Origin: Catajapyx aquilonaris
Lineage: Eukaryota
NCBI GenBank assembly: GCA_000934665.2
Contig: KZ538844.1
Coordinates: forward strand, 1-64,000
Length of the DNA: 64,000 nucleotides
Direction of reading: 5' to 3'
Part shown: piece after piece, positions 12,061 to 25,454 of the stretch
Layout: every line of letters begins with the position of its first letter
How positions within the stretch are numbered: the stretch's first letter is position 1
Program-made: the position numbers and the translations under genes
The notes under the pieces: model-generated
Told to the model about the DNA's origin: nothing
The model's database searches: none
The model's input: the letters and a program-made list of their open reading frames with translations, nothing else

Positions 12061-15033
12061 GCCACGCTTATGCGTGCATCTCTTCTCAGGACCGGATTTG
12101 GGAGAAAATTATGCTGTCCTTCGACAACCGTGAGTACTCTGACTGACAGTAATTGCCACCGATAGAGTCCTTACGTTGACGTGCTTTTGTATCCTTTGCT
12201 AGGTCTTTTATGGCTCTTTGCCTGGAAGAAGAGAATATAGCGACTACTACAACAGCAAGCCTGAAGGCCTGCCAGAAGAATACACAAAGCCAGTATTGGT
12301 CAAGGATCCAGAGGCGTGGAAGTATGTGGAACGCCTCTTGCCATTCAAGACAGTTCCAGAGCCACCTAAGAATAATGAGGTGTTTCCTTCTGGATGGAGA
12401 CCACCCTCAGGTTTATAGCCTTCCTCATTTGCTGCCTATTTGCTGCAGTTTCACTTATATTTGAAGTACAGGGTGACCATAATGAACCTCCCTAGTTTTA
12501 CCGTGCTACTGTTCTGCAAGTTACAGGACCATCTTGCCGAAATTATACAAGTGAAAGTAGGGGAGTAGCCAGCCTCAGATATCAAGGGGTGCGGATAAGG
12601 CGCTTGAACTTTAGCAAGTGGTGCTTCATTTAGTAGTCATTCTCACATTCTTTGGTACCCCCCCCCCCCCCCCCCNCCCCCCCCCCCCCGGCCCACTGCC
12701 AGGTATTACCTTAGAATGCTGTAAATCAATTTAAATGATAAATAAGGCAAAGACGGATTTTGAAGCGTGTGAGGTCATATTCTACTTGCTCGCGCCACTA
12801 TAGAGCTTGCTACAATCGCGGCGACCAGGGACCTGCGACCGGCTGCTAGGTGTTGTGGCTTTGGAATATAACATTTAGCTTGTATTTTGACGTGAATATT
12901 AGTAGCAGAGATGTTTGCACAACACTATAGACCAAGCAGAATTAGAAAATCCAAAAATTGTCAAAATTTAGGAGGGTAAGAAGAATGAGTTTGATTGTGA
13001 GGAAAGCTTGAACTAGTCTGATAGTCACATCTACCAACAGATGAGCATTTAGCAGTTGATGGAAAGCATTTACGCTAGTAACAGAAACTTGGAGATGTCA
13101 GATTTGCCAAAATGTTGCCGCCCCGTAGAATTTACCTCAGTATTGGAGTGAAATTTTTGAGATTGAAAGCCACATGCTCAATATGAAGCATCTTTCCTGA
13201 GGGCAAAATTTTTATGTAAAAGTGATAGTAGGGGTTCTACTTACTTATTCACTTATTTATGGTGCGATTTTATAGATGCTGGATTGAAGCTCACTTATCG
13301 TGTGCGGAGGACTAAAAATCACATGCTCCCTGTCTACCTGGATGTTTCCCATCGAGGGATGCGGAGGATAACCAAAGTACGCGGCATTGAAGGGAACATT
13401 TGGGTAAGCATGTTACTCTTGTGCAGGTGTACAGTGTTGGACATTAATCGCGTCGTGCTGCTAGCGACATTTTCTGAAGCGGCAGAAGAACGAATCTTGC
13501 TCGCACAGCTGGCACTCCACCGCTTCAATTCGTTCTTCTGCCTCTTCGGAATATGTCACTAGCAGTATGACACGATTAATGTCCATCACTGTACTCTATG
13601 TAGCATGTAAGATGGTGATGGAAGAGAAAGTGAAATTGAAGAGAATGCTCACAACATTCAGTGTTTATAAACTCTGCAGCAATGTTTGTGGGATATTAGA
13701 GAGATCCAAAACAATGCTGTAGTCATAAAATAAGTGTGGGGACAAACAATTTCTGTTACTCATGAAATAGATCAGTAATGTTATGTTATACACGGCTGGA
13801 CATAATAGCAGTCCCTTGCAACTTTTTGTGGTGCGGGCGGCGCGAGTGGGAATAGCTCCTTTCACCTGGCACACTGCCTGGAGGATGACCGTGAATTCAA
13901 ACCCTGCAGCAATCGAGGGGTTGGAGCAGGTCAGAACCTCTTTATTGTGCGCTGGTTACAACATGGTCAGTCCATGCTACGTGCTACAGTATTCTTGCCA
14001 TTGTTGCCACTCTTTGCAGAGAGTGAGTGATGCAGACAACCCATGGCAGGTCTGGCTGCTTACAGTAATAGTTCATTGCATTAGGATAATAAGTGGGTTG
14101 AGGGAAGATCATTGTGAGAAAGTGCTTAATTTTCCTCACACTCATCACTTCCTATAATGAATCAGGATGGAGTTACCAAATGGTTGGGAAGGAGTCCAGT
14201 ATGCTAATGTCATCCACTCCCAATCAAGGCCCGAGTAGTTGAGCAGTTTCACAGGAAATGTTACCAGGGCACTCCTCGAAGAGGAGACTCTGCTCATGCC
14301 ACAAATACTGTGTGGCTGACATATTGAGTGTATGATGTAGCTGTCTTACTAAATTAACCTTTTGACGACTACGGACATCGTATGATGTCCGAGCACACAT
14401 TCCTGCAGGGCCTACGGCCATCATATTATAATGTCTGGAGATTTGCCCTGACAACTTGGGGACATTTTTTAACTCATTAAATTCCAACCTCGCCAATTTT
14501 TTTGAAATTTGGTGGATTGGTAGCCCACCCCAAGGGATGAAAAACGCACCTATAGTTACCTGCTCAAAATGTCCGTGACCCATATTGGAGGGGGGCGTAT
14601 GTCAATGCACCGAATTTCAAGAAATAGGTGAGGTCAGAATTTGACCTCTGCCCCCCCCTCCCCCCTCAAAAATGAGTCACAGGGTCATTTTGATCAGGTA
14701 AGTATAGGTAATCTGGGCAGTCCGGGGGTAATCCGGGATTATTATTCATTAATATCACTATTTGTCAAATTTCCGGAAAAGGGGAAAAATAACTCAGGCC
14801 CTGGGGTAAGGCAATGGCTCAAAAACTCCATCGTCAAAGGGTTAATGGGGTGGGACCTTTTTCATTCATATCATCTTACATTTCAGGATCTGGCAAAAGA
14901 ACTACAGGCTTACCTGCAGTCGAAAGAAGAAATTTTGGTTGCCCATCGAGTCCATGAAGTTTATTGCACTGTGTATTTCAAAGGAGACCATGTCAGGAAT
15001 GTTGAGAGCTGGTTGTACTCAAAAGGACTCTAG
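12052..15033 (+). CDS. mRpL49: 39S mitochondrial ribosomal protein L49 (mL49/Img2 family), 186 aa, 4 exons
   Basis: Exons 12052-12129, 12203-12410, 13276-13403, 14887-15033 give 561 nt. Motifs WKYVERLLP, PSGWRPP, YRVRRTKNHMLPVY, TKVRGIEGNIW and FKGDHV...WLYSKGL. Confidence 0.93.
12760..13001. mobile_element. Half copy of the palindromic element at 53760-54300
   Basis: Shares ggtgttgtggct...caacactata.accaagcagaattagaaaa...ggagggtaa with the right arm of that element. Confidence 0.7.
14354..14845. mobile_element. piggyBac-like MITE
   Basis: TTAA-ccttttgacga ... tcgtcaaaggg-TTAA ends, with internal inverted segments. Confidence 0.7.
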
Positions 15034-16087
15034 GATTCTTTATTGTCAGTGTAGATTGCATTGTTTTTTGTAACACTATACAATGAACCAGCAATGAACC
15101 ATATATTATTTCATCAAAACATCTTGGAATTATTTCCTATTTAACTCTTGGCTAAGGTACTGTTCATTGTTCAAGTAACACAGTTAATACACTTGTGTCT
15201 GATATGAATTTGCCACAAGAATAATCAAAGTGCAAATGGAATTCTTCGCAATTATTTCAGCAATTATTGATTCAAAGTCACTGCTGTCACTGTCTCATTT
15301 TAAAAGGCAACCTGGGATTCTGGCCTTGTACAAGCACAGCAATGAAAATGTGCAGAAGATTTTGTTTTGGTCAGCTTAGTGTTACATAATTTTTTGTGGA
15401 GCTTCAGCATTACAATAAGTACTGAGGTGGAGGGAGAGCATATTCACTTAAATCCTCATTAAGTTACATGTTTTATACATAAGGAGTCTAGGATCAACTC
15501 TTCACACCTTGGAATATGAGAATATTAAATTACCAATAAACTCTCCCTTTGTTGTCAGAACTGAATGCATAAAAATTTCATTAGCCTATAATAGCATGTT
15601 TGACAATAGAGGAATATATTACTTTGATTAGTGTGGAACAAATTCATGCTCATTCCTATGCAGTTCCTATACCTATACCTATGCAGTTCTTGTGCAATAC
15701 ATGTGCTACATACAAGGTGTTCGTAGTAAGGAAGGCACATGGCCAGCTGTGGTCCAGCTGGGAAGTAGGGGGACTCAGTGACACCAGAAAAGTGCCTCTA
15801 CTCAAATAAATTTTGATGCATAGTAGACAACTGTTCCCATCTCTTCTGGACCAGTAGGCCTACTATGCAACTGGCAACTTAAAAGGCTGTTTGCACATGA
15901 AAAGTTGATTTGATGCAAGTACTTTTTAGCACCTTTGGGGCCATTTATTGCCCAGCTGGGTCATTGCAAGCCATACATTCCCTTACTAAAGTTGCTCCTC
16001 TTGAAACACCCTCCTGCCCACCATGTCAGAAGCATTCATGAACATCCTGGATAAACTCGGTAGGGATTTGCATCTTCACAGAAATAT

Positions 16088-16581
16088 GAGTTGGATTCTC
16101 ATGGACTTTACGGGAGGCCCGCAAGTCGCAAACGCCTGTAAATGTGACGTCACACCCCGGCAACTCCCGAAGTGGAATTATCGTGTCGCTCTCCCACAAG
16201 GGCTGCGGGAAGGAGAGGCCCGCAAAGATACGGGTGGGTGGCAGCACCTGTAAGTCGCCTGTCGCTCTCAAAAATGGCTGCTTCCCCGACAGCAGCTGTG
16301 TGTCCGTAAGGCAGGGATCGAATTATTTACGGATACCCAGGTCCTCTCTCGACGACGTTTGCCCGAACTATGGTTTGAAACAACGCCTGCCATTGGCTCC
16401 TGTCCTTTTCCGCTGGGCGGAGCTCCAAGAACCCCTATATCTTCCCCCTACTTTCAATTCTTCCTTGTAAGGACTTACGGGGTACCACATGTATGCCACT
16501 TTTCTGGGGTCCCGCATCCGTTGCCATCTTGGACGGACTTGCGGGCCCGCAGACTTACGGGAGTCCACGAGAATCCGCCCC
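16088..16581. mobile_element. PIF/Harbinger-like MITE
   Basis: Imperfect TIRs ggattctcatggact..gcccgcaagtc / gacttgcgggc..agtccacgagaatcc, flanked by a 3-bp TAT duplication; CpG-rich interior. Confidence 0.6.
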
Positions 16582-18067
16582 TATATCTGTATGTATACTT
16601 GTACATGTCACGTGCTGAGACTGAGAATAAAAGTGACACTCCCCCACCACCACAGCAACAATGTCAACAAAAGATGAAACTTCAATGGCAGTCACTAGCA
16701 TTTAACATTTTTGGCAAATACATGTCAAATCTTTTCCTTGGCAAGAGGTCACTGCGAGCACTCAAGGTTCTCTCTTACTGCTAACATGTTTTTGTAAATA
16801 TCTGGGTGGTGGTAACCGGTGATGCCACTGGGAGTGACTCTTTTCATGCTACTTTTGTTTCTGAGTTTATCAAGTGATTCATGGAATATCTGACAATGCA
16901 GTGTGGCAGAGTTTAAAAGTTCACGTTTATATTCTCAACAAGAATGTTCTGATTACAATTTTTATTACAAACCCCTTTAAAAGGATTCTTCATTTTTATT
17001 AAAATTTGCTTGATACAGAATGGGCCGTTAGTCACAGAACTCCTAATGCACTAGTCCTAATTGAAGTGTTGTGAGGATGTTAAGACTGGCAGACCAAAAC
17101 TTATATTGTGTCATGTAAAGGTGCTGCAATGATATCTTTACGAGATTATAGTATGAATTCTAATGTGTGTTTTCAGGTGCAAAGCATAATTATATGGTTG
17201 GCATTCCGGCGTCACCTAGAGTAAACCACATTAGTTTTGTTCCTGTCCTTCTATGTCTCGTAATGCCTTCATGAATAGTTTAATCCTACATTACTACAAT
17301 GTAGTCAAAACTAGTGTTCAAATGTAATGTGTAACTGGTCAAATTATGTTGTCAAGTTGACTAGGACAAAGAGTGGTATTTACGGACACACAGGATTGTT
17401 AAAAAAAATTGTGTTTGAAATTGGAGTACTGTGTGCCTACGGTGCCATCATCACTTATTAGACTTTGAAAGTCAGAATTGTTGCTTATCCTGCAGCAAGT
17501 GAAGTAATGAAGTATAGAGGAAAAAAATGGTACCTAAAATTTACTGCACCTCCCTACCCCAAATCAAATCACTGTCTACAAAGTCTATTGGTAATCTTCA
17601 TAATGGTAGTTCTTCAGTTAACTTCTAGATTTCCTGTACACGTCAGGCCCTGGACACACTTGAAATTAATTTCCTCCAGCAAATCTCCTGTGGCATCAAT
17701 GAGATACAGGCAACAGGCTGCAACTGCTATGACAAAATTTCATGCAATTGAAGCCACTCTCCTCTTCAGCATTTACATGAGGTTTAGGGGTGCAGAGGGG
17801 CTTGGAACCTATTCCCATTTCAGGATATTTGTTTCAAGTAGTTTTCTCACTGTTGGCCACCCAGGAGATTTTGTCAAAGGAGACATATTGCAGGATATTT
17901 GTTTCATGTGTGTCCAGGGCTTTTTTGGTACACCGGCATATCAGAACCTAAATTGGACCCTAGGTAGGCTCCTGAAATGCCATTCAGGTGTAGCAGTAGT
18001 ACTCTGTCCTTATTTCCCTATTTTTATAATAGCTCTTGATACCCAATTATACCCTTCCCCACACATA

Positions 18068-21000
18068 TCACACATGATCCCCTTTCCCAGTTTCATCCAT
18101 GGGCACGAAGTTGACATAACCTGAGTCCACTCTGTCTAGGATCCTTGGTCTGTAGTCGCATCCATATTTGATGCCAAGACTCACCAGCACCACTCCTGTG
18201 AGTATACCCATAACTACAAAGATGGGTCCAATGTATCGAGTCTGAACTGAGTAAATCCCAGCGAGGGAGTCGTACTTGATTGTAGGAGGCTTGAAGTAGG
18301 CAACATAGGTCATAACCCCTCCAGTAGCTAGAAAGAAGCCAGCCACACAAGCCCCCAGCATCAGAAAGTAAGCGCAGTCCAGGCGGTTGCCAACAGGGGC
18401 TGCAAACTGTGTCTCAGCTGCAAAAGTGAGCAAGGTAAGTTGTTGACATGTTGCAGGGAGTTAGCATGGTGGATATTATCAAAAGGACATCAATGTAATG
18501 TTCCCTTGACATGATATATACAGTAGCTTTTTCAAATGAAAGCATTTTGCCAAAAAAAAAAAGATTAAAAAACCAGCAGTTTCAGTGTCATTAAAGGGAG
18601 ACAGTTGCAGACTTGTATGCTATTAATAGTAACTTAAGATTATTTTTTTGTTCAATTCATGGAGGGTGGTCAGACATTGGCTGTGTAAAAATGGTGGATC
18701 ACCTTTGGTAATGTTCCAGGGGGTAGCAGAGGGCTCTTATAAACAAGAGAAAAATGCAATAAATATTGTTATAAAATTTGCTGTTAGGGTGAGAAAAAAT
18801 TATGTATTCTTGTGGTACTCATAACTTGGGAGAGTTTGCTGATTAGTGGAGTGGCTTGGACAGCATTACATGTTTAACAATGGTGGCTCCTCTTCAGATA
18901 TTCACCAAGGAGGTTATGTGGTGTTATGTGGTTTTATACACATTAGGCACAAAACCCAACTATGCTATATTTACAGTAGAGAATGCACAAAATATGGATC
19001 TGCAATGTGTCTTGCAGTCACATGTCTGCTAGTGCTGTAAAAAATTCGATGTGTGATGACAGAAGGGGTTCTGCCATTTTTGCACAGGTCAGCTACTGTA
19101 TGACTGACACACTCCACCTACTGGCAAACTGCCTGAGTTCCATGTGAGTCCGCAACTATCCCTGTCAAACAGCATCCCAAAAGGTCCGTAAATAAATAAT
19201 TGTACAGTACATATTGTGGCATACAAGGGAAATCCTCTAAGTCCAATTTTGGCAGTTTTGAGTTATTTATGCTCTCCCAATAAGTAGCATTTATTATGTT
19301 GTATTGCCTGGTGAAGTCTGTTTAGGCCTAAAGATTCATAATGAGCAGAAAGCCAAGATTTTTTGTCTTCACTAGCATGAAAATATGCTCATGGTCAAAC
19401 TTTGCCTTCGATTATCTCAAAACTAGTGTTTTGGATTTAGTGGATTTCACTTGTATGCTGACGATAGTATATACATATAGTGTAATATTGGAGCACACTT
19501 TTAAACGATTCTTGTTTGAAAGCACTGGTGAAACTTGAGTGCTGCAGAAAATTTTTGCAGTCCCAGCAGCAAGGTAGGATTAGCCATATCAAGAGCTGGC
19601 CATAATTGTGTATTTTTGTCCAGTATAGGGGACTCGTTCTCGCATGGAAGACAGCATTTTTCAGTCCCTCAGTAAGGAACACCCTGCGTATAGTTTGTAA
19701 CACGCTAAAGCAGTGCTTCCCAAATTGTGGGTCGCGAAAATAATATTTGGGGTCGCGATGGAGGGTAACAAATTATTTTCACAAAATAATGCTATCTTTC
19801 TTGAAAATCATGACCATAAGGTAAGGTCATTTGACTGTTTACCTGTCTTTTCATGTTGGCGGATCTAAATGTGCACATATAGGGGGTCGCAAATTTTACA
19901 AGACAATTTTTTGGGATCGCCAGCGAAAGAAATTGAGAAGCACTGCACTAAAGGATTTTTCACAAAATGAGCATGACTGGTACATGCAAGAAATATCAAC
20001 CTCTCAGTAGTCTCAGGCAAAAAGTTGGCAGCAACTCCCACAAATGCGACATTCGATAAACATAAGGCACCAATTCAGAGACTTGCAATGGGCCTTATAA
20101 TTTTAAAAAAACAACTGTTTAGTCTTCTCTGGTATAGCACGTAGGCCTACTTCTCAATTAAGGGAAATTTCGCAGAACAGAGCTTTTCTATTATGCTGTA
20201 TAAAGGTTTCGCTGTAAAAATTAACATTTCTTTAAATTGACATTGTTAAAATAGGACTTTAATGACAGCTTCATCTTGCATGCTAATTTGCACGTAAAGA
20301 GCTAAATATTATATGACATATAGTTAGATCCCATGTACCATTACAAAACTGGTACCATACTTGAATTTCTGTGTTGCTACAGAGCTAATCTGGAGTATTA
20401 TGTAGTGCATTCAGAAATAAGGCCCGGTATTTTGTATGCCAGAAAACTTATGTGCAGTCATTTCTAATTTTTATCTAGAGATTAATGAATGTCAACAAGA
20501 GGAGAGACAATAATCACATAATTATATTGATATTACTTGACCACGTCATAAAGGATCCATCAGCATGAAGTAGATGTCAATCCTGTGTCCTATCCTATCC
20601 TGTAAATATGGACTAGTCTGATATAAATTATAAAGTGAGACATTTCTTATGCAGCATTAGGCCATAGTAAGAACACTTCCAGGTTTCATTGTGAATTGCA
20701 ATATCTTTGTACCAATACCAGCTTGAAGATACTACGAAAGAACTATCATAATGGACCAGTTATCTCATGCCATGTAAAACTCACCTCATTATTTCTCATA
20801 AGAAGAAAGTACTCAATGGTCAATGTCATTATGTTACAGTTAATGACATAGAAGTTCACATAAATTCAGTTCAGTGCCCTTTCAGAAGTCTGAACAGTTT
20901 AAGAGCAAATCTGCCCATGATTTCTTAGGATGAAACATTTGCCTGTATTTAGAGCCATTATAGATGTAGATGATGTCCCACTAATTTAAAATATTGGAAG

Positions 21001-21536
21001 AGACTGCTGTGCATTATAATGAAATCATATTTCAACTTTTCAACACGAAATTATATTCAGATATGATAACATCCCATGGCTATCACAGTGCACATAAATG
21101 TACTGTGCACTACTTCAAAGTGCTTGTGCCACCTTTAAAACACACGAGAAGATGAAAGCCAATGGGATGAGAAATCAATGAATGTGTTATTTACATGTGC
21201 TATATTTGATCGCACCTGGAAATCAATGTATGGAAAAAGGCCTCTTGCAGAGCTGCTGTCATCAGCATAAAGGCTAAAATTCAATCACTGCATAATGAAG
21301 AACTGTGCTAAGAGTGATTCTGAAATAGGATATGTGAGCTCATTATCTTGTATAGGTCTACTAAATAAACATTTTCAACTTAGACCACGACGCTACAACA
21401 TGTTAAAGGCTTTGGGCATACTTGAATATTCTTATAAGCAAAACTAGGAGCACAGGAGTTATAAGTGATATCTACAGTCAACCCATAACTACTTGTAACT
21501 ACTGCAAGGTATGTGGTCCTTACCTCTTCTTTCCAT
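18068..21536 (-). CDS. Small two-pass membrane protein, ~120 aa, uncharacterised
   Basis: Exon 21536-21524 (AAA ATG GAA AGA AGA G|GTAAG) joins in phase to exon 18417-18068 (TTTTGCAG|CTGAG): MERRAETQFAAPVGNRLDCAYFLMLGACVAGFFLATGGVMTYVAY...YIGPIFVVMGILTGVVLVSLGIKY...GDHV*. Two clear hydrophobic segments. An in-frame upstream ATG exists at 21587. Confidence 0.6.
19711..19945. mobile_element. hAT (Charlie-like) MITE
   Basis: CAGTGCTTCCCAA ... TTGAGAAGCACTG TIRs; 8-bp TSD cgctaaag / cactaaag. Confidence 0.85.
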
Positions 21537-23701
21537 TTTGGGGGTTGTCAAGAGATGGTTTTGTCGCAAATGAAACCAGCCACTCATGCACTGACTGCTG
21601 CTTTGCCAACTCTGCAACCTCTCTCCTAACAGAATCTGTATTTATGTGCCACTCTCACTCCCCCTGTTAGCTTCGGCCGGCACATGCCTACAGCCCCAGG
21701 CCAACATTCTCGTAATTATATATTCAGAGGCCTTGGGATCACAACTATGCCAGCTTCTGTACCCTACGATGCAACTAAAGAAGCTGTTATGTAGTTGTTC
21801 TTCTAGGTAAATGTAGTTTGTACACTGAAGAATGCTAAGATCATTGCTCATTGTTGTTTGTCAAATGTTGTAAAAAGAAGTCGGGAATTTTGACTGTCGC
21901 AAACTAACAGCTTTTTCCGACGTTTGCGGAGAAAAATAAACCATCATCTTTGAGAAAAATATTATTATGAACAACTAAAAAGTTAGGAAATGAGCTTGTC
22001 ATATAGTCGCATATAGTCGATCTGGGAAATCCCCAATGGACATAGACATTCAAGGACACAATCATTGAAACAGCAGATTTATGCAGGGATTCCATCAGTG
22101 AATTATAGGCCATAGATCCAGTAGTAGTCAGGCAAATATCGCAGTAATTTTTTGAAGACTTGGATGCAAATTATTCGACAAAAATTAAACAGTTATCATT
22201 AGACTCACTTCAGAGTACAAAGTCGATTAATTTGGCATGTAACACAAATATTATTATTCAGTTTCCAATGAAATGTAATGGATGAAGACAAATTCGAATT
22301 GCTTGAATGTGTCATTGTAAAAAAAACGAAACCATTCCTGTGTGTAGACGTCATAAGCAAAAAAATATTTTTTTAAAAAAAGGTGCTTTCACGTGATGGA
22401 ACCCCCCCCCCCCCCCAAAAAAAGGATATTTTCTCGAGTTTGGGATTTATTCAGTTCCATGCACTGAAGATAAGATTGTCGTTGTATTTCGATAACATTG
22501 ATGGGAGACGTGCAGATTGACGTGTTTTGCATTACGCCTTCATTCCAGAATGTTTGCTCCGTTCGTCGTCTTTATTGCATTTTCGGAATACTGCTGCATT
22601 TATCTTCTACACAGAGCGTTTTTGCGTTTATGTTTCTCCTCATGGATTTTTTTTTTTGTTTCCTTTATTATATTCGAGTCGACACAGTACTATCAAAATA
22701 TTCATTCCCTCTTTGTAGGATGGAAATAATACAGGTTTCAGTCCTTACGAAAGAGGAAACCTATCACTTCATTCTCGGTCCATTATAAAAGTGCTTAAAA
22801 GAGTTAAAACACATAATTATCCTTGAAAATTCTGTACGCAATCGTCCATGTTGTCTTCCTTATAGGCCTATGTGACAAAGGTAGCAGATTCACACAATCT
22901 TTGTGTGGTGTTCTAGAAGTGATTAAACAGATAAGGGAAACCGGAGCACAGGGGGACAGTGGTCCTTTCCATTTTAAACATACAGTATATAAGAAACCGG
23001 GATAATGTCTTCATCTGGTACCTCGTGAAACAGGTCACTATTGTGCATCTTGCCAACATGACAGCCACCTGTGAGATGCCTGCGATCCTGATGTATCAGG
23101 GGAAATGTATTTGAAGGGTAGTGATACTAGCGAAGTTATTTCTAACCCACAGTTTAAATAACATGTCAGGCGTAGATGCTGGGCATGACCTGGTTGTAAA
23201 AATGTTGTTGAATGGTAATGTCATCCTTTGTGCATAAATGCTGGAAACTTGGAAAGCGTCATTTGCAATGGTAGCTAGATCCACAACATCATGTCATTTG
23301 CTGCCCTCTGGGGCACAGTGGTCCATGGACCAGTGTGCATCTCTTGGTGGATGACTGTGCCCCCTTTTGCCTCTGTACAGCACTTAATGTCATCGTAGTT
23401 TTATTATTTGCTAATGGTTTTGACAGACACTATTGTGACATAAAGTTCATGCGCCAAAGGATGAGTCAAGACAAGGTCTAATTTCTGGAGAGAGACGATG
23501 TTTCACTTTTGTAAGCAGGTTGCAGTAACAGACGTCCCTTTTATTTATTTATTTTTTATTTAGAGGGGTTAGATGTAGGATAAAAAATAAAATATATTTC
23601 TTGTGTGAGCTGGGGGCCCCAATCACTTCCGGATCACTGTGCCCCGTGCATATAGGGCCACTGTGCATAGGGCAGCTTCTAATAATAATAATAAAAAAAA
23701 A

Positions 23702-24105
23702 ACACACACACACACACACTCTCTTGTCTTGACTAAGGCGTGGGGACGGACATTGATCACTTTTCACTGCGAGTGTAAACTGATCTAACCTAACCTAACC
23801 TAACCTAACCTAACCTAACCTACCCTACCCTACCTAACCTACCCTACCCTACCTAACCTACCCTACCCTAAGTAACCTAGGCTGAGAAAAATGGACTTTT
23901 GTGAAACCCTACAAATGAAAATAGTGGGGACATGTCCCCACTAATTTACACATGTCCCCACTGTAATGGCACACTTCGCGTGTGTGAGACTGTGGGGACC
24001 GACAAATGTCCCCACAATTGGAACTGGTCCCCACAGCTACAGTAAAACCACAGACTTCCGTCCCCAGACCTTAGTCAAGACCTGATCACACTTAGCACAC
24101 ACACA
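23702..24105. mobile_element. (CA)n-flanked TIR element with internal (CCTAA)n/(CCCTA)n telomeric-type tract
   Basis: TIRs gtcttgactaaggcgtggggacgga / tccgtccccagaccttagtcaagac; repeated GTGGGGAC/GTCCCCAC motifs; tract at 23785-23870; CA repeats on both sides. Confidence 0.75.
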
Positions 24106-24221
24106 AATGGCTGGCACTGCCTGTGAATGCGTATATTAGTGACGTGTATAGCCTATTACCGATGAGTACCTCCACCATGCCGGAAAATATTGGGTGTGTA
24201 AGTATAACAGGAGTTCAAGTA

Positions 24222-24654
24222 TTTTATTTTTAATTACACCCTTGAGGCCTTCTGGCCTATGTAGGGGGGAGATTTTTTCCACCATTTTCTGACTCTCCAG
24301 TGCTGGGATGCATGGAGGGGGGGGACAGTGGTGCAAGTGCAATGTCTCATGGTGGAGGTCGTGTGCAGTCCCTCAGAGGGCTAGGTCCCTCAGAGGGCTA
24401 GGTTGACAAGACGACCCTCTAGATGCGGGTCAGAGACCTCCCACACACGCCGCACCTCCTCCAGTAGGGGACAGGGATAGGAAAGGCAGGAAGCGGCTGT
24501 GGCCTACGATTAGGAAACAACTCCGGTATTCACCTGGGGTGACCGTGGGAAACCACAGAAAACCACGGTCAGAGTTGCCGGCCTGGGGATTTGATCCCTG
24601 GACCTCCCGATTTGCAGCCGGATACCAAATCCCCTCGGCTAACGCTGCTTCGGT
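24222..24654 (-). mobile_element. tRNA-derived SINE family 3, long chimeric variant
   Basis: Head and body colinear with the 43677 copy (ggttttctgtggtttccc...aggccacagccgcttcct). 16-bp TSD aacaggagttcaagta at 24206-24221 and 24669-24684. Confidence 0.85.
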
Positions 24655-25197
24655 AAAAAATAAAATAAAACAGGAGTTCAAGTAAAAATTTAAATGTGAA
24701 AAAGTGGACCACTGCGTGCCCCGGTTTCCTTTCATAATATATTTTATATTATATATTTTTGAAGTTTTGACATATTCTTAGCTTGTGGGATACTTTTAAT
24801 AATAATAATTGGATGATGCTTTTGACCTCTTCTGTATAGCATTATCTGTATTATTTATCATCATACACCTGCTGAACATATAGAGAGAGAAGCGAAGTTG
24901 TAAAGGGAGCGCGCTCATAGAATTTAGTTTTCGAGTAATTTCGGACTATCGGAAATGTCAACCCTGACTCGTTGGTACTGCATAAAAGAGGAGAAAGACT
25001 TGGGTGCAGCTTGGGTGACGTGGACGGGATTTTAACCCCAACCCGCGTGGGCGGCCAGTACATAATTATAGGCGTATTCGTCAATTCAGATTATTCTGAG
25101 ACGCGTCACGTGATATCTGAGTTGTTAGCCCTGCCCCTCAGAAGATTATTGCCGAACGGCCGAACTGAGAGACCCCCCTACCCGCCTGTGCTGCATC

Positions 25198-25343
25198 CCA
25201 GTGATATGCCAATGTTCGGGTATTTCGGTGCCGTATTTCGGACGCTGGCGGGTAATGGTGCGGGTAAAATGAAAATGCGGGTAAAATCGGGTATTTTCAG
25301 GTCCTCTCGCGGGTTTTTTGGTCATTTTGCATTGGCAACACTG
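25198..25343. mobile_element. Short hAT-like MITE with CGGGTA repeats
   Basis: cagtgatatgccaatg ... cattggcaacactg ends with internal repeated gcgggtaa; degenerate 8-bp flanks. Confidence 0.5.
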
Positions 25344-25444
25344 CTGCTTCAATAACAGTAATTTGTTTGTTAATTGTTTCTCAGCAAGTAAGTCAGGTCA
25401 GGAGTAGGCCTACACTAAGTTCCTGAGCTTGGAAGTCAGGTAGG

Positions 25445-25454
25445 GCGCATGCGC
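25445..25454. promoter_or_regulatory. NRF-1/Erect-wing-type palindrome GCGCATGCGC in a CpG-rich island
   Basis: Exact motif; nearby GTCACGTGA (~25106) and splice-donor-like sites on both strands. Confidence 0.35.

Noticed and set aside
13665..13930. Possible decayed piggyBac transposase Cys-rich tail
   Set aside because: Only a few residues resemble it; too degraded to support.
17465..18124. 219-aa plus-strand ORF
   Set aside because: Starts at TTG, has no protein-like features and is antisense to the 2-TM gene's 3' end.
19051..19111. C/D-box snoRNA-like pattern (GTGATGA...CTGA with a short stem)
   Set aside because: Antisense to the only host gene, very short, no convincing rRNA guide adjacent to the D box, and it overlaps a small inverted repeat.
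23785..23870. True telomere or chromosome-fusion scar
   Set aside because: Short, single orientation and enclosed by TIRs of a dispersed element.
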